DNA of 64,000 nt from assembly GCA_018669975.1 (NCBI GenBank), contig JABHSK010000005.1:121132-185131 (forward strand). Direction: 5' to 3'. Shown piece after piece: positions 38,457 through 48,424 of this stretch (position 1 is its first letter; each line of letters starts with the position of its first letter). The position numbers and the translations under genes are program-made. Source of the stretch: Candidatus Parcubacteria bacterium. Lineage in GTDB: Bacteria > Patescibacteriota > Patescibacteriia > UBA1558 > GWA2-36-10. Below the pieces are notes generated by a model. It was not told the DNA's origin and did no database searches. It saw only the letters and a list, made by a program, of their open reading frames with translations.

Positions 38457-40415
38457 TTAATGAAAATCTTCCTGCCAACTAACATGCTCAACTATACGGC
38501 TATCACGGCGGCCGAACCAGATAATCTGACGTGCAAACTCAGCTTTGTCACCACCGAAGTTAGTTAACTCGACGGTTAGTATTTGCGGAGATTCCGGTCG
38601 GTGTTGGATAGCAATACTTTCATCTTTGAGCAAGGCATCGAAATATTCAGGAACATTGTGATTGAATAACTTGGGGGTTCTACTAGCTTTCTCAAATGTA
38701 GCCATTCGAGAGCTCTGATAGATCAAGATCTCAATCAACAATGATTGATTAAATACGATGTCATTAGCGTGTAGGAAATTGACAACTAGGCAGAGGAATT
38801 CATGATAGAATTCTCTGAGATGCCCAGATAGTCTAAGTAAACTAGCTTCTTCAATTTGCCAGGAGATATCTCCGAACTCATCCAAAAAGACACATTGTGC
38901 TTGTCCAGTCAGCACGTTTTTTAGGAATTGTTCGTAGTAGGCGATCTCTCCAGAGATGATTGGGAAGCGGTCTTCACGTCCATGTTCCAGAATGTACTGG
39001 TACAAGTCAGTGTATTTAACACCAAGTTGGTCAGATAGGTACAGGGACATAAAGAAGCTCAATTTATAGCCATGCAATACTTGGGTAATCCAAGCTAACT
39101 TGGCGGCTCGTTGCCAGTCTTCAGGGGGCATGGTATCGGTACCGATGCAGATATCCTCATATTCTTGCACTTCGCCAAGGCGAGGTGAGGCATGAGGTTC
39201 AATCAGAGCGATACGTTTGGCACGAATGCCGTGCATGGCCACATAGACTGGGTCAGACATGTCTGTGTTTGGCAGGATGGTACAGAGGAAAACTCCAATC
39301 TGATCATGTAGTCCAGCCTGTAGTATTTCTTCAATACCATTGGAGAAACTTGTGTAAGTTTCACCAGGTAAGCCCAGGATGAGCTCAGTGTAGACGGGGA
39401 CATTGGCTTGATGGTATCTGGTCTGTAGACTACGATAGGTGTCGAGTTTAATATTACGTCGACCGATGTTTTGCAAGGTTTGTGAGTTTGTACTTTGAAA
39501 GGACAGTGTCACACCTTTAGATAAACCAGCTTTTTCCAGTAGCGTGGCAATTTCGAAGATTCTGTCTTCAGCATTTTTGCCGTAGCAACAGCGGAAGGCT
39601 TGTGGGTAACCAAAGGCTGATTTGGCAGCTACCATCATCTGAGCCGTAGCTAGATCCCATTGGTACATACCAAAGTTAGCGTCAGCACTAAAGACAAAAG
39701 CAATTCGGTTGTCACCAAACCACATAACTTCGTCTTGCAGTCTTTGACTGGGAAAACGTCGTACTTTGCGTACAGCATTGCCCCAATAGCAAAAGGAACA
39801 TCCAAAAGGACAGCCGCGGTTACTTTCAAAGATAGCTTGGTATTCAATGTCGTCTGACACATCTCGAATTAGATAGTCATAGAGCCCAGTTAGATAGGGG
39901 GAAGGCAAGAGGTCAAGGTCTTCGATCATAGGACGATCAGGAGTCTGGACTACCTTGTCTTCACCTAAATCACGGTAGGAAACACCTTTGACCGAGGAGA
40001 AGTCGCGACCCATGAGATGAGCATTTAGCACTTTAGCAAAAGTGACTTCACCCTCACCACGGACGACTACATCGATAAAAGGATTGGCTGTGAGGAATCG
40101 CTCAGCATCATGTGGTACATGAGCACCACCAAAGATAATCAGTGCATCGGGATGCATGATTCTGGCAGCCTTAGCTACAGCTAGGTTGAGTTCGTGATTC
40201 CACAGCGACGAAGAGAAAGCTAACACTTCTGGCTCTTCATAACTACCGACAATATTATCTACAGTGTCTCGGCGGAAGATAAAAGGCATGAATTCAAAGT
40301 TATGCCTGATTTCTGACCAAGTCTCTGCACTAGCCCTGAGCATGCCCGAGGCTATTGGCAGGTAGATTTTGTTGCCCATTAGGATGTTGAATTCGTGTAA
40401 ATAGATCTTTTTCAC
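38457..40415 (-). CDS. B12-binding-domain radical SAM protein (class B radical SAM), GC-rich
   Basis: CPFGCSFCYW is the CxxxCxxC motif. An N-terminal cobalamin-binding-like domain is present. G+C is visibly higher than in neighbouring genes. Confidence 0.8.
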   Translation of the reverse strand: MKKIYLHEFNILMGNKIYLPIASGMLRASAETWSEIRHNFEFMPFIFRRDTVDNIVGSYEEPEVLAFSSSLWNHELNLAVAKAARIMHPDALIIFGGAHVPHDAERFLTANPFIDVVVRGEGEVTFAKVLNAHLMGRDFSSVKGVSYRDLGEDKVVQTPDRPMIEDLDLLPSPYLTGLYDYLIRDVSDDIEYQAIFESNRGCPFGCSFCYWGNAVRKVRRFPSQRLQDEVMWFGDNRIAFVFSADANFGMYQWDLATAQMMVAAKSAFGYPQAFRCCYGKNAEDRIFEIATLLEKAGLSKGVTLSFQSTNSQTLQNIGRRNIKLDTYRSLQTRYHQANVPVYTELILGLPGETYTSFSNGIEEILQAGLHDQIGVFLCTILPNTDMSDPVYVAMHGIRAKRIALIEPHASPRLGEVQEYEDICIGTDTMPPEDWQRAAKLAWITQVLHGYKLSFFMSLYLSDQLGVKYTDLYQYILEHGREDRFPIISGEIAYYEQFLKNVLTGQAQCVFLDEFGDISWQIEEASLLRLSGHLREFYHEFLCLVVNFLHANDIVFNQSLLIEILIYQSSRMATFEKASRTPKLFNHNVPEYFDALLKDESIAIQHRPESPQILTVELTNFGGDKAEFARQIIWFGRRDSRIVEHVSWQEDFH

Positions 40416-40572
40416 AGTTTTACCTCCTTGACTCGCTAGTTGCGAATCCTACAAGTTTTAAGGTTCAAAGTTTACGTCTCAAATTACCATTTTTGGCTAA
40501 TATCGTCAAGTTGGAAATATTGACTAAAGGCATTGAAATATTTGATAATATAGTATATTATGGTAGTAATCT

Positions 40573-41661
40573 ATGATACCAAAAAAACACCAAAATATAG
40601 CAGTAATTTTAGGGACTAGGCCGAACTTTGTGAAGGCTGCTCCTTTTTTTCGTCAGGCTAAAAATCATCCAGAATTCAAGATTACCCTAATACATACTGG
40701 GCAGCATTTTGATAAGAATATGTCCAAGATTTTCTTTGAAGAAATGCAGATTCCTAAGCCCGATGTACAATTAGATGTTAAGGGTGAATTTCATACTGAG
40801 AAGATCGGTAAGATGTTTAATGCTCTCAAACATGTATTAAAGAGTGATAATTTTGATTCCGTTGTACTTTTTGGTGATGTTAATTCTACTTTAGCTGGAG
40901 CCATTGCCGCTATCAGTAATCAATACAAAGTTGTTCATATTGAAGCTGGTTTGCGTAGCCATGATCGTCGTATGCCCGAAGAAATCAATAGAGCTATAGT
41001 TGATCATCTTTCCCATATGTTGTTTACCACTGAGCCTTCTGCAAATGAGAATTTGCTTCGTGAGGGTGTAGATAAAGATAAAATCAGATACGTCGGTAAT
41101 ATTATGATAGAGAGCTTAATCATGTTTAGGGACAACATAGATAAATCAGATATTTTACAGAGGTTACAGTTGCAAGCCAAGTCATATGCTCTGGTGACTA
41201 TCCATCGTCAAGAAAATACAGATAGTGCTCAGAGCATGAAGACTATTTTAGAAATTTTACAAAACGTAAACAAACAAATACCAATTTTAATTCCATTACA
41301 TCCGGGTACTCAGCAGAAAATTATTGAGTATAAGTTAGAAGATTTATTGACGGGCATAAATATTATTGAGCCGTTAGGTTATTTTGATTTTGTAAAATTA
41401 ATGGCTGAGAGCAAAGGTGTAATTACTGATTCGGGAGGTATCCAGGAAGAGACTACTCACCTGGGAGTGCCTTGTTGCACTTTGCGTTATAATACAGAAA
41501 GGCCTATTACTATAGAGAGGGGTACCAATAAATTATTTACTATGGATTTAGATCAGGCTGAGGCCATGGTCAAACACATACACACTGGCGCTTCCCAGGC
41601 CGTCCAGATTCCTTTGTGGGATGACAGTGTTAGTCGTAGGATATTTAAGTGTTTAAAATAA
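40573..41661 (+). CDS. wecB: UDP-N-acetylglucosamine 2-epimerase (non-hydrolysing)
   Basis: …IAVILGTRPNFVKAAPF…HTGQHFD… is the UDP-GlcNAc 2-epimerase family signature. Confidence 0.85.
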   Translation: MIPKKHQNIAVILGTRPNFVKAAPFFRQAKNHPEFKITLIHTGQHFDKNMSKIFFEEMQIPKPDVQLDVKGEFHTEKIGKMFNALKHVLKSDNFDSVVLFGDVNSTLAGAIAAISNQYKVVHIEAGLRSHDRRMPEEINRAIVDHLSHMLFTTEPSANENLLREGVDKDKIRYVGNIMIESLIMFRDNIDKSDILQRLQLQAKSYALVTIHRQENTDSAQSMKTILEILQNVNKQIPILIPLHPGTQQKIIEYKLEDLLTGINIIEPLGYFDFVKLMAESKGVITDSGGIQEETTHLGVPCCTLRYNTERPITIERGTNKLFTMDLDQAEAMVKHIHTGASQAVQIPLWDDSVSRRIFKCLK

Positions 41662-41670
41662 AAATAAAAA

Positions 41671-42117
41671 ATGAAAATTCCTTTTTTGAAAAGAGAGCAT
41701 AGATATTATCCTTTTAAGAAAGAATTTATCAGAAAGTTTAAGCGTTATCCGCATTTTATAATGATTGGGTTAACTGGATTTGTGATTAATCTTGTTCTGA
41801 CTGCTGTTTTTACAGAATTTTTTGACCTGTGGTATTTGTTATCATACATTATGGCAGCCTTATTAAGTTGGGTATTTAATTTTTATATGAACTCCCGCTT
41901 TACGTTTAGGGGACACAACAGTGAGCATAGTTTAAAGCGTTATATTTTTTATTTACAAACCTATGGCATGATGGGATTAGCTAGCTTGGCCCTTGTCTAT
42001 ATATTGACTTCTATTGCAGGTATGTATTATTTGTTATCTATATTTATAGTTTCAGCTATAATGTCGTTGGCTACTTTTGTTTTTAATAAGAAAGTAGTTT
42101 TTAAATATTTTGATTAA
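41671..42117 (+). CDS. GtrA-family small membrane protein (4 TM)
   Basis: About 140 aa with 4 TM segments and the …NFYMNSRFTF… motif typical of GtrA. Confidence 0.7.
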   Translation: MKIPFLKREHRYYPFKKEFIRKFKRYPHFIMIGLTGFVINLVLTAVFTEFFDLWYLLSYIMAALLSWVFNFYMNSRFTFRGHNSEHSLKRYIFYLQTYGMMGLASLALVYILTSIAGMYYLLSIFIVSAIMSLATFVFNKKVVFKYFD

Positions 42118-42119
42118 AG

Positions 42120-43943
42120 ATGTGTGGTATTGTTGGACAATTTGCAGATAAACTGAATGATAAAGAGCAGTTTATTGGTAGACGAGATAAGCTACACCAC
42201 AGGGGGCCGGATTCTTCCGGTGTCTTTATTTCTGAAGATAAAAAGCTAAAATTAGGACATAAACGTTTATCTATTCTAGATTTATCTGATAAAGCTAATC
42301 AGCCAATGACTAGGGATGGCTGTCAGATAGTTTATAATGGCGAAGTATATAATTTTCAGACACTAAAGAAAGATTTAGAGTTAAAAGGATATTCATTTGA
42401 AAGTAGTTCAGATACAGAAGTCATATTAAATGCTTACTTAGAGTATGGCGCAGACGTTTTTGTAAAATTAGATGGAATGTTTGCATTAGCTATCTATGAT
42501 AGCCGTAGTCAACAATTGTTGTTAGCTAGAGACCGTATGGGCGTTAAGCCATTGTACTATCATTGGGATAACAATAGTTTTTATTTTGCTTCTGAGATTC
42601 AAGCTATAGATGCTGCCAAGAAAGTGAATCTTAAGTCAGTCCAAAAATTTTTGCAGCAAAACTATATTTACGGCACAGATACTATTTTAGAAAATGTATT
42701 CAAATTACCGCCAGCTAATTTCGCTGTTTATGATATCAATACTAATAGTCTAGAAGTAAAAGAATATTGGCGGGCAAAGTTTAGCGCTAAACATAAAGAA
42801 ATAGAAAGTGCTGTTGATGGTGTGCAGGGAACATTATCCAAGTCAGTTAAGCAATCCATGATTTCTGATGTACCATTAGGAGTGTTTTTATCTTCAGGGG
42901 TTGATTCTAGCTTAATTGCCGCTTTAGCTAAAGAACACAGCAAGCAGGTTGATACTTTTACAGTTGGTTTTGAGCTTGATTCTTTTGATGAATCAAAGAG
43001 TTCAGCTAAGATAGCAGAAATTTTGGGAGTGAATCATCATTCCATAAATTTAGACAAACAAGAGGTAATGGATGAAATCCCAAAGATCTTAGATTTATTT
43101 CATGAACCCTTTGGTGATAGTAGTGCTATACCAATGTATTTTTTATCAAAGTTTGCTAGACAAAAAGTGAAGGTATGTTTATCTGGTGATGGTGCTGATG
43201 AGTTATTTGGCGGTTATCCAATTTATTATTTACCACGTATTAATAATATTTATCGATATTTACCTTTTAAGTCTTTAATCGAAAAGGGTGTGGCTAGATT
43301 GCCATCTTCTTCTGATAAGATGAGCTTGGATTATAAGCTACGACGTTTTGTTCATGCTGCTAAGTACGATTCTAAGCAGGCACATTTTTATTATCGAGCC
43401 ATGCATAACAGCGGTGTACTTAAAAAAGATTTTGGTGCAAGTGATAATTTTGAAAGTTATTTTAAAAATGTAGCAGATGAAAATATTCTTAATCAACTTT
43501 TGTACGTAGATCAGCAGACAGTTTTAGAAGGGGATTATTTGGTCAAGGTAGATAGAGCTAGCATGGCTCATAGCTTAGAGGTTCGTGTACCTTTTTTAAA
43601 TAACGATGTGGTTGATTTTGCTAACAACTTGGATTCTAAGCTAAAAATAAAAGGCACTACTACTAAATATATTTTAAAAAAGCTGTTAGAAAAATATTTA
43701 CCAAAAGATTTAATTTATACAGAGAAAAAGGGTTTCAATTTCCCTATAGCTGACTGGCTCAGGCATGAATTAAAGGATTTTATGTTGGATTCTCTAGCTA
43801 AGGAAAAGGTTGAAAAAATAAGCTTTTTAAGCTATTCTAAAGTAGATGAGCTGATTAAAGAGCACCTAAAAGGTAGTCGTGATCATAATCGGGAAATTTG
43901 GGGATTAATCTCCTTGGTAAATTATTTTCATAAAAATTTTTAA
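42120..43943 (+). CDS. asnB: Asparagine synthase (glutamine-hydrolysing) family amidotransferase
   Basis: The N-terminal nucleophile is MCGIVGQ. The PP-loop is FLSSGVDSS. Confidence 0.85.
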   Translation: MCGIVGQFADKLNDKEQFIGRRDKLHHRGPDSSGVFISEDKKLKLGHKRLSILDLSDKANQPMTRDGCQIVYNGEVYNFQTLKKDLELKGYSFESSSDTEVILNAYLEYGADVFVKLDGMFALAIYDSRSQQLLLARDRMGVKPLYYHWDNNSFYFASEIQAIDAAKKVNLKSVQKFLQQNYIYGTDTILENVFKLPPANFAVYDINTNSLEVKEYWRAKFSAKHKEIESAVDGVQGTLSKSVKQSMISDVPLGVFLSSGVDSSLIAALAKEHSKQVDTFTVGFELDSFDESKSSAKIAEILGVNHHSINLDKQEVMDEIPKILDLFHEPFGDSSAIPMYFLSKFARQKVKVCLSGDGADELFGGYPIYYLPRINNIYRYLPFKSLIEKGVARLPSSSDKMSLDYKLRRFVHAAKYDSKQAHFYYRAMHNSGVLKKDFGASDNFESYFKNVADENILNQLLYVDQQTVLEGDYLVKVDRASMAHSLEVRVPFLNNDVVDFANNLDSKLKIKGTTTKYILKKLLEKYLPKDLIYTEKKGFNFPIADWLRHELKDFMLDSLAKEKVEKISFLSYSKVDELIKEHLKGSRDHNREIWGLISLVNYFHKNF

Positions 43944-43947
43944 GATA

Positions 43948-44373
43948 ATGTTAAGATCTCTATATAAGGCAATTATAAAAAAATTTGGTAGGTACTTTAA
44001 TTTTGTTCTGGTAGGTGTTAGTGGTACAGCCTTGGTTTTTCTTATGACTTTTGTACTAACTGAATATTTACATCTTTGGTATTTATTAGCTTATATTATT
44101 TCTACCTTATGTGGTTGGACTTACGGTTTCATCATGAACTCTAAATTTACTTTTAATGATCATGATGGTGAAAATTTAATTAAACGATATGTTTTTTATA
44201 TACAAGGTTATATTCTGTTGAGTCTGATAAGCTTTAGCTCAGTTTATGTATTAACGTCTATTCTAAACTTACATTATTTAGTTTCTATGTCTATAATTAC
44301 TGTTATTATGTCTATAATAACTTTCAATTTTAATCGTAAGTTTATATTTCAAAGTTCTCAAAAAATAAGTTGA
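43948..44373 (+). CDS. GtrA-family small membrane protein (second copy)
   Basis: Same architecture, with the …FIMNSKFTF… motif. Paralog of the gene at 41671-42117. Confidence 0.7.
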   Translation: MLRSLYKAIIKKFGRYFNFVLVGVSGTALVFLMTFVLTEYLHLWYLLAYIISTLCGWTYGFIMNSKFTFNDHDGENLIKRYVFYIQGYILLSLISFSSVYVLTSILNLHYLVSMSIITVIMSIITFNFNRKFIFQSSQKIS

Positions 44374-44392
44374 TTAATTAATTTATACGGTC

Positions 44393-45274
44393 ATGAAAGA
44401 TGTTTCAATAATTATTCCAGTATACAATGAAGGCAAGGTAATTAGGAGGGTCGTCCAGGAGATTTTAAATTTTAAATTTAGTTTTCAAATAGATGTTATC
44501 ATTGTTAATGATGGTTCTACTGATAATTCTTTAGAAGAGGTGGGTCATTTTAAAGATTTAGAAAATGTTAAAATTATTTCTAACTACCACAATAGAGGGT
44601 ATGGTGCTAGTTTAAAAATTGGCATCAGGAAAGCAGATAGTAAATATGTTTGTTCCTATGATGGTGACGGTCAGTTTTTTCCAGAAGATGTAGAAAATTT
44701 TTATAATAAAATTAAAGACGGTTCTCTTGATGCGGTTATTGGGCAGAGAGAAAAATTGTCTAGCGGAAGCCCTTTGTGGAGGACACCGGGTAAATTATTT
44801 ATTAGATTTTTAATTAATAATCTAATTAAGGTTCGTTTGAAAGATTTTAATTGTGGTTTACGAATGATGCGTAGGGATGTAATTAAAAAATACCTTCATT
44901 TATGTTCTGATGCTTTTTCTTTTTCCACCACCTCAACCATGATTATTATTAATAGGGGTTATAATTATATTTTTCTTCCTATTAAATTAAAGAAACGCGA
45001 TGGTGGAAGTAGTAGAGTTAGGTTGTCATCCGGCTTGAGCACAATATATTTAGTTTTAAAAATGATAATGTTATTTAATCCTTTAAAGATATTTTTTACT
45101 ACAGGATTAGCCTCTATTATTCTTGGATTCTTCTGGGGCTTAAAATATTTCTTAGCTGGCAATGGCCTAAGTATAGGTTCATTACTTTTTTTCATCGTTG
45201 GTATACTATTGATATTTTTAGGTTTGATAGCAGATCAGATTTCAGAAATTAGAAAGACACAGTACGAAAAATAA
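44393..45274 (+). CDS. Family 2 glycosyltransferase (GtrB / Dpm1-like polyprenyl-phosphate sugar transferase) with C-terminal TM helices
   Basis: SIIIPVYNEGKVI and the DxD motif (YDGDGQ) are present, with two C-terminal TM segments. Confidence 0.8.
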   Translation: MKDVSIIIPVYNEGKVIRRVVQEILNFKFSFQIDVIIVNDGSTDNSLEEVGHFKDLENVKIISNYHNRGYGASLKIGIRKADSKYVCSYDGDGQFFPEDVENFYNKIKDGSLDAVIGQREKLSSGSPLWRTPGKLFIRFLINNLIKVRLKDFNCGLRMMRRDVIKKYLHLCSDAFSFSTTSTMIIINRGYNYIFLPIKLKKRDGGSSRVRLSSGLSTIYLVLKMIMLFNPLKIFFTTGLASIILGFFWGLKYFLAGNGLSIGSLLFFIVGILLIFLGLIADQISEIRKTQYEK

Positions 45275-45283
45275 TTTTTAAGT

Positions 45284-45910
45284 ATGCATAAAATAAATAA
45301 AAAAATATTAGATACAATTTTTTTCCCATTGAGATGTCTCTTTCCAAATAATGAAAATATTTCCTGGCTTGGTGTTACGCCACTGGCAGATGATAGGTTT
45401 AATATTATTGAGAAGAAATTAAAACCCAATAAAAACCTACTTGATATTGGTTGTGGAGATAATCGTTTAGCTAAAAAGTATAGAAAAAATGGTGGTAATG
45501 CCACCGGTATTGATATTGCACCAAATCAAGAGGCGGATATCGAAGTGCAAGGATCTGACAATCTAGATTTTAAGGATGAGGAATTTAACTATATAACTAT
45601 CATTGCTTCTCTTAATCATATTCCTACCAGAGAGAAAACTATAAAAGAGGCCTATAGATGCCTAAAACCAGGTGGTACCATTTTTATTACTAATTTATCA
45701 CCCATTGTAGGTGCTGTAGGACATAAGATTTGGCACTTGTTTAAAAGTGATTTAGATATGGATCATAGAGGTCACATGGAAGAAGGTGAAGAGTTCGGTT
45801 TAAAAAATACTTATATTAAAAAATTGTTGGAAGAAAAAGGTTTTAAAAATATTAAAGTTATAAGATTTAGTTTTGGATTAAACAATCTAATTGTTGCTAC
45901 AAAATCTTAG
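45284..45910 (+). CDS. Class I SAM-dependent methyltransferase
   Basis: Motif I (LLDIGCGDNRL) is present. Confidence 0.65.
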   Translation: MHKINKKILDTIFFPLRCLFPNNENISWLGVTPLADDRFNIIEKKLKPNKNLLDIGCGDNRLAKKYRKNGGNATGIDIAPNQEADIEVQGSDNLDFKDEEFNYITIIASLNHIPTREKTIKEAYRCLKPGGTIFITNLSPIVGAVGHKIWHLFKSDLDMDHRGHMEEGEEFGLKNTYIKKLLEEKGFKNIKVIRFSFGLNNLIVATKS

Positions 45911-45921
45911 AGTACGTATTT

Positions 45922-46728
45922 ATGCCTAAAGATAAAAAGTTAGAGACAGTGTCAGATTTTAACAAACAATGGATTTCTTTCCAGAAGCAACAAGGAGTGT
46001 ATGCTGATGAAAGTTTCTTTTTTGATTACTTTGGTCATTTATTAAATAAAGATGATCTTCAGGACAAAATTGTTGCAGAGATTGGTTGTGGTAATGGTAG
46101 ATTTGTAAAAACAATGGCCAATTATGCTAAAGAGGCCAGTGGCTTTGAACCGTCTGGTGCTGTTGAGATAGCCAAAAAATATTGTGAAGATTGTAACAAT
46201 GCCAATTTTTATCATCAAAGTATTTACGATGTTGAAATAAAAGACAAGTATGATGCAGTATTTTGTCTAGGAGTATTACATCATCTGCCAGACCCGTTGC
46301 TAGCTTTGCAAAAAATGTTCGTGATGTTAAAAAAAGGTGGCTCTTGTTATGTTTGGGTGTATGGTAGCGAAAATAACTCTTTATACCTTAAAATTTTTAA
46401 GCCAATCATACAAATGACATCACGTTTTCCACATTGGTTATTAAATGTTATTTCCTTTATCTTAGCTATACTACTTAAAGTTTATATTGTGTTAGTTTCT
46501 CTCTTTAGGTTTCTACCATGGCCAATGAAAACATACATGTTAAAAGTATTAAAAAAATTAGGATTTTATTATTTGAAATTGGTAATCTACGATCAATTAA
46601 ATCCAAAGATCGCCAACTATTATTCTAAAGAAGAAATATCTAGCCTAGTCGAAAAGGCTGGTTTTGGAAACATAAAAACATACCATAGGCATAATTATAG
46701 TTGGACTATCAAAGCTGTGAAGGAATAA
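45922..46728 (+). CDS. Class I SAM-dependent methyltransferase with a C-terminal TM segment
   Basis: VAEIGCGNGRF and FCLGVLHHL motifs are present, followed by a hydrophobic C-terminus. Confidence 0.65.
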   Translation: MPKDKKLETVSDFNKQWISFQKQQGVYADESFFFDYFGHLLNKDDLQDKIVAEIGCGNGRFVKTMANYAKEASGFEPSGAVEIAKKYCEDCNNANFYHQSIYDVEIKDKYDAVFCLGVLHHLPDPLLALQKMFVMLKKGGSCYVWVYGSENNSLYLKIFKPIIQMTSRFPHWLLNVISFILAILLKVYIVLVSLFRFLPWPMKTYMLKVLKKLGFYYLKLVIYDQLNPKIANYYSKEEISSLVEKAGFGNIKTYHRHNYSWTIKAVKE

Positions 46729-46732
46729 ATTT

Positions 46733-48424
46733 ATGAGTATGAATTTTTTTAAAAAATTATTATCTTTTACGAATACAAAATATTTCTTCTTTTTAGTTTT
46801 GGTTGTTTATTTATTACTATATTTATTTCTAAATTATGATAAAGGTCTAGAGGCAGTTAGCAGCGATGCTTGGATGAATAATTTTGTGATGATTCAGCAG
46901 CAAGAAGGGCAACCTTGGGCTTATATGCCACAGGTTTATAGTCAGCAGGATTTATATATAGCCTTTCCTTTGCTTTATTATATTAGCCCAGGCTTCATTA
47001 ATGGGGTTTTCGGTTATCATATATTAGGTGTCTTAATTATCACTTTAACTTATGTAATTAGTGGTTTGGTAATTAAAAAGATATTTAATAATTGGGCATT
47101 GGCGTCTCTAGGAGCATTGTTATGTGTTATACCTAGATTTATACTACCAACTAGGATTGGCTTGTTGGGCCTCGGTAATGTTAGAGGAAATGCATTTGTT
47201 TACCCGCTTTACCTATTATTGAGTTATTACTGGATAATTTATGGCCTTCAAGATAGACGGAAAAATATTTGGTTGGCTGTGGTCGCTGGTCTATCAGTGT
47301 ATTTGTATCCGCCAGTGGGTACTATTATTATAGCTTTATTTGTATTAACTGCTTTTTTAGTCAGAGGCAGAAAATATTTTAAAGAGATATTTATTTTTGG
47401 AGTAGTTTATCTTTTGGTAGCTATGCCTTTTTTAGTGAATCATTTTATAAATCCAAGTACCGGCATGTTGGATGTCACTGGCGAGCTAACAGCTCAAGAT
47501 TTAAGCTTGCAGAATGAAATTATTCGTTATCGTTTTCAGGCCAATGCTTTTTTGACTAGCATTGATTTAGCTAGAATAAAGCGAGGTATTTGGGATGGGT
47601 TCATTCTAGGCGTTTCATTTGTAGGCTCTTTAGTTTTTTATACAAAATATCGATATAAGATAAGAGAAAAATATAAATTACTTTTTAAAACATCAATAAT
47701 TTTTGTAATCCTAATGCTACTGTTTATTTTGGCAGTAGAGTTTGTAAATCATATTGCTAACTTAGACGGCAAGCCGCCATTATTCATAGAGCACTTACGT
47801 TTGATGCGAGTAGTTGGTTTTATTATGATTATGCAGTTTGTATTTTCTATATATTTATTATATTTTAAATTTAATAAACAATTATTGGCAATAATTATAT
47901 CAATAGCCATAGTTTTAACACCCTTAACTTTTTTTGCATCAGCTATTAGGCCGGTTATTAGAATTGTTGTTCCAGAGAGCATTAGAATAAAATATAATCT
48001 TGCACCAGTAGTACAGGAAGAGGATGTTAGGAGTTTTGATAATCTGAAAGATATTTCGGATTGGACTAAGGATAACGTTCAAGCTGGTAAGACAAAGTTT
48101 TTTGTCTTTGATGATTTTCAAAATGAATTTAAGTTTAAAATTTTAAGTCGGCATGAAACAAATTTGACCAGTAAAGAAGGAAATATTTATGTTACTTCCA
48201 ATTTTGAGAATAGTGCTCGCTGGTATGATGAAAGACTAAGATATAATGAGCAAGTACAAGGTGCTGAGGACTTTGGTCAAATAGTTGATTTTGCTAAAGA
48301 ATTAGAATGCACTCATATTTTATTGCCGCGTGGGGAACTTAGTATTTTATATAAAGAGTCCGAATCTACTGGTACTTCAGTACTATATTTTAATGATGAC
48401 TATAAAGTAATTAAGATAGATTAA
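46733..48424 (+). CDS. Large polytopic membrane protein; putative GT-C-fold glycosyltransferase (ArnT/PMT/GtrC-like)
   Basis: About 11 TM helices followed by a ~150-aa soluble C-terminus. Its position after GtrA/GtrB-like genes supports the guess. No motif confirmed. Confidence 0.4.
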   Translation: MSMNFFKKLLSFTNTKYFFFLVLVVYLLLYLFLNYDKGLEAVSSDAWMNNFVMIQQQEGQPWAYMPQVYSQQDLYIAFPLLYYISPGFINGVFGYHILGVLIITLTYVISGLVIKKIFNNWALASLGALLCVIPRFILPTRIGLLGLGNVRGNAFVYPLYLLLSYYWIIYGLQDRRKNIWLAVVAGLSVYLYPPVGTIIIALFVLTAFLVRGRKYFKEIFIFGVVYLLVAMPFLVNHFINPSTGMLDVTGELTAQDLSLQNEIIRYRFQANAFLTSIDLARIKRGIWDGFILGVSFVGSLVFYTKYRYKIREKYKLLFKTSIIFVILMLLFILAVEFVNHIANLDGKPPLFIEHLRLMRVVGFIMIMQFVFSIYLLYFKFNKQLLAIIISIAIVLTPLTFFASAIRPVIRIVVPESIRIKYNLAPVVQEEDVRSFDNLKDISDWTKDNVQAGKTKFFVFDDFQNEFKFKILSRHETNLTSKEGNIYVTSNFENSARWYDERLRYNEQVQGAEDFGQIVDFAKELECTHILLPRGELSILYKESESTGTSVLYFNDDYKVIKID

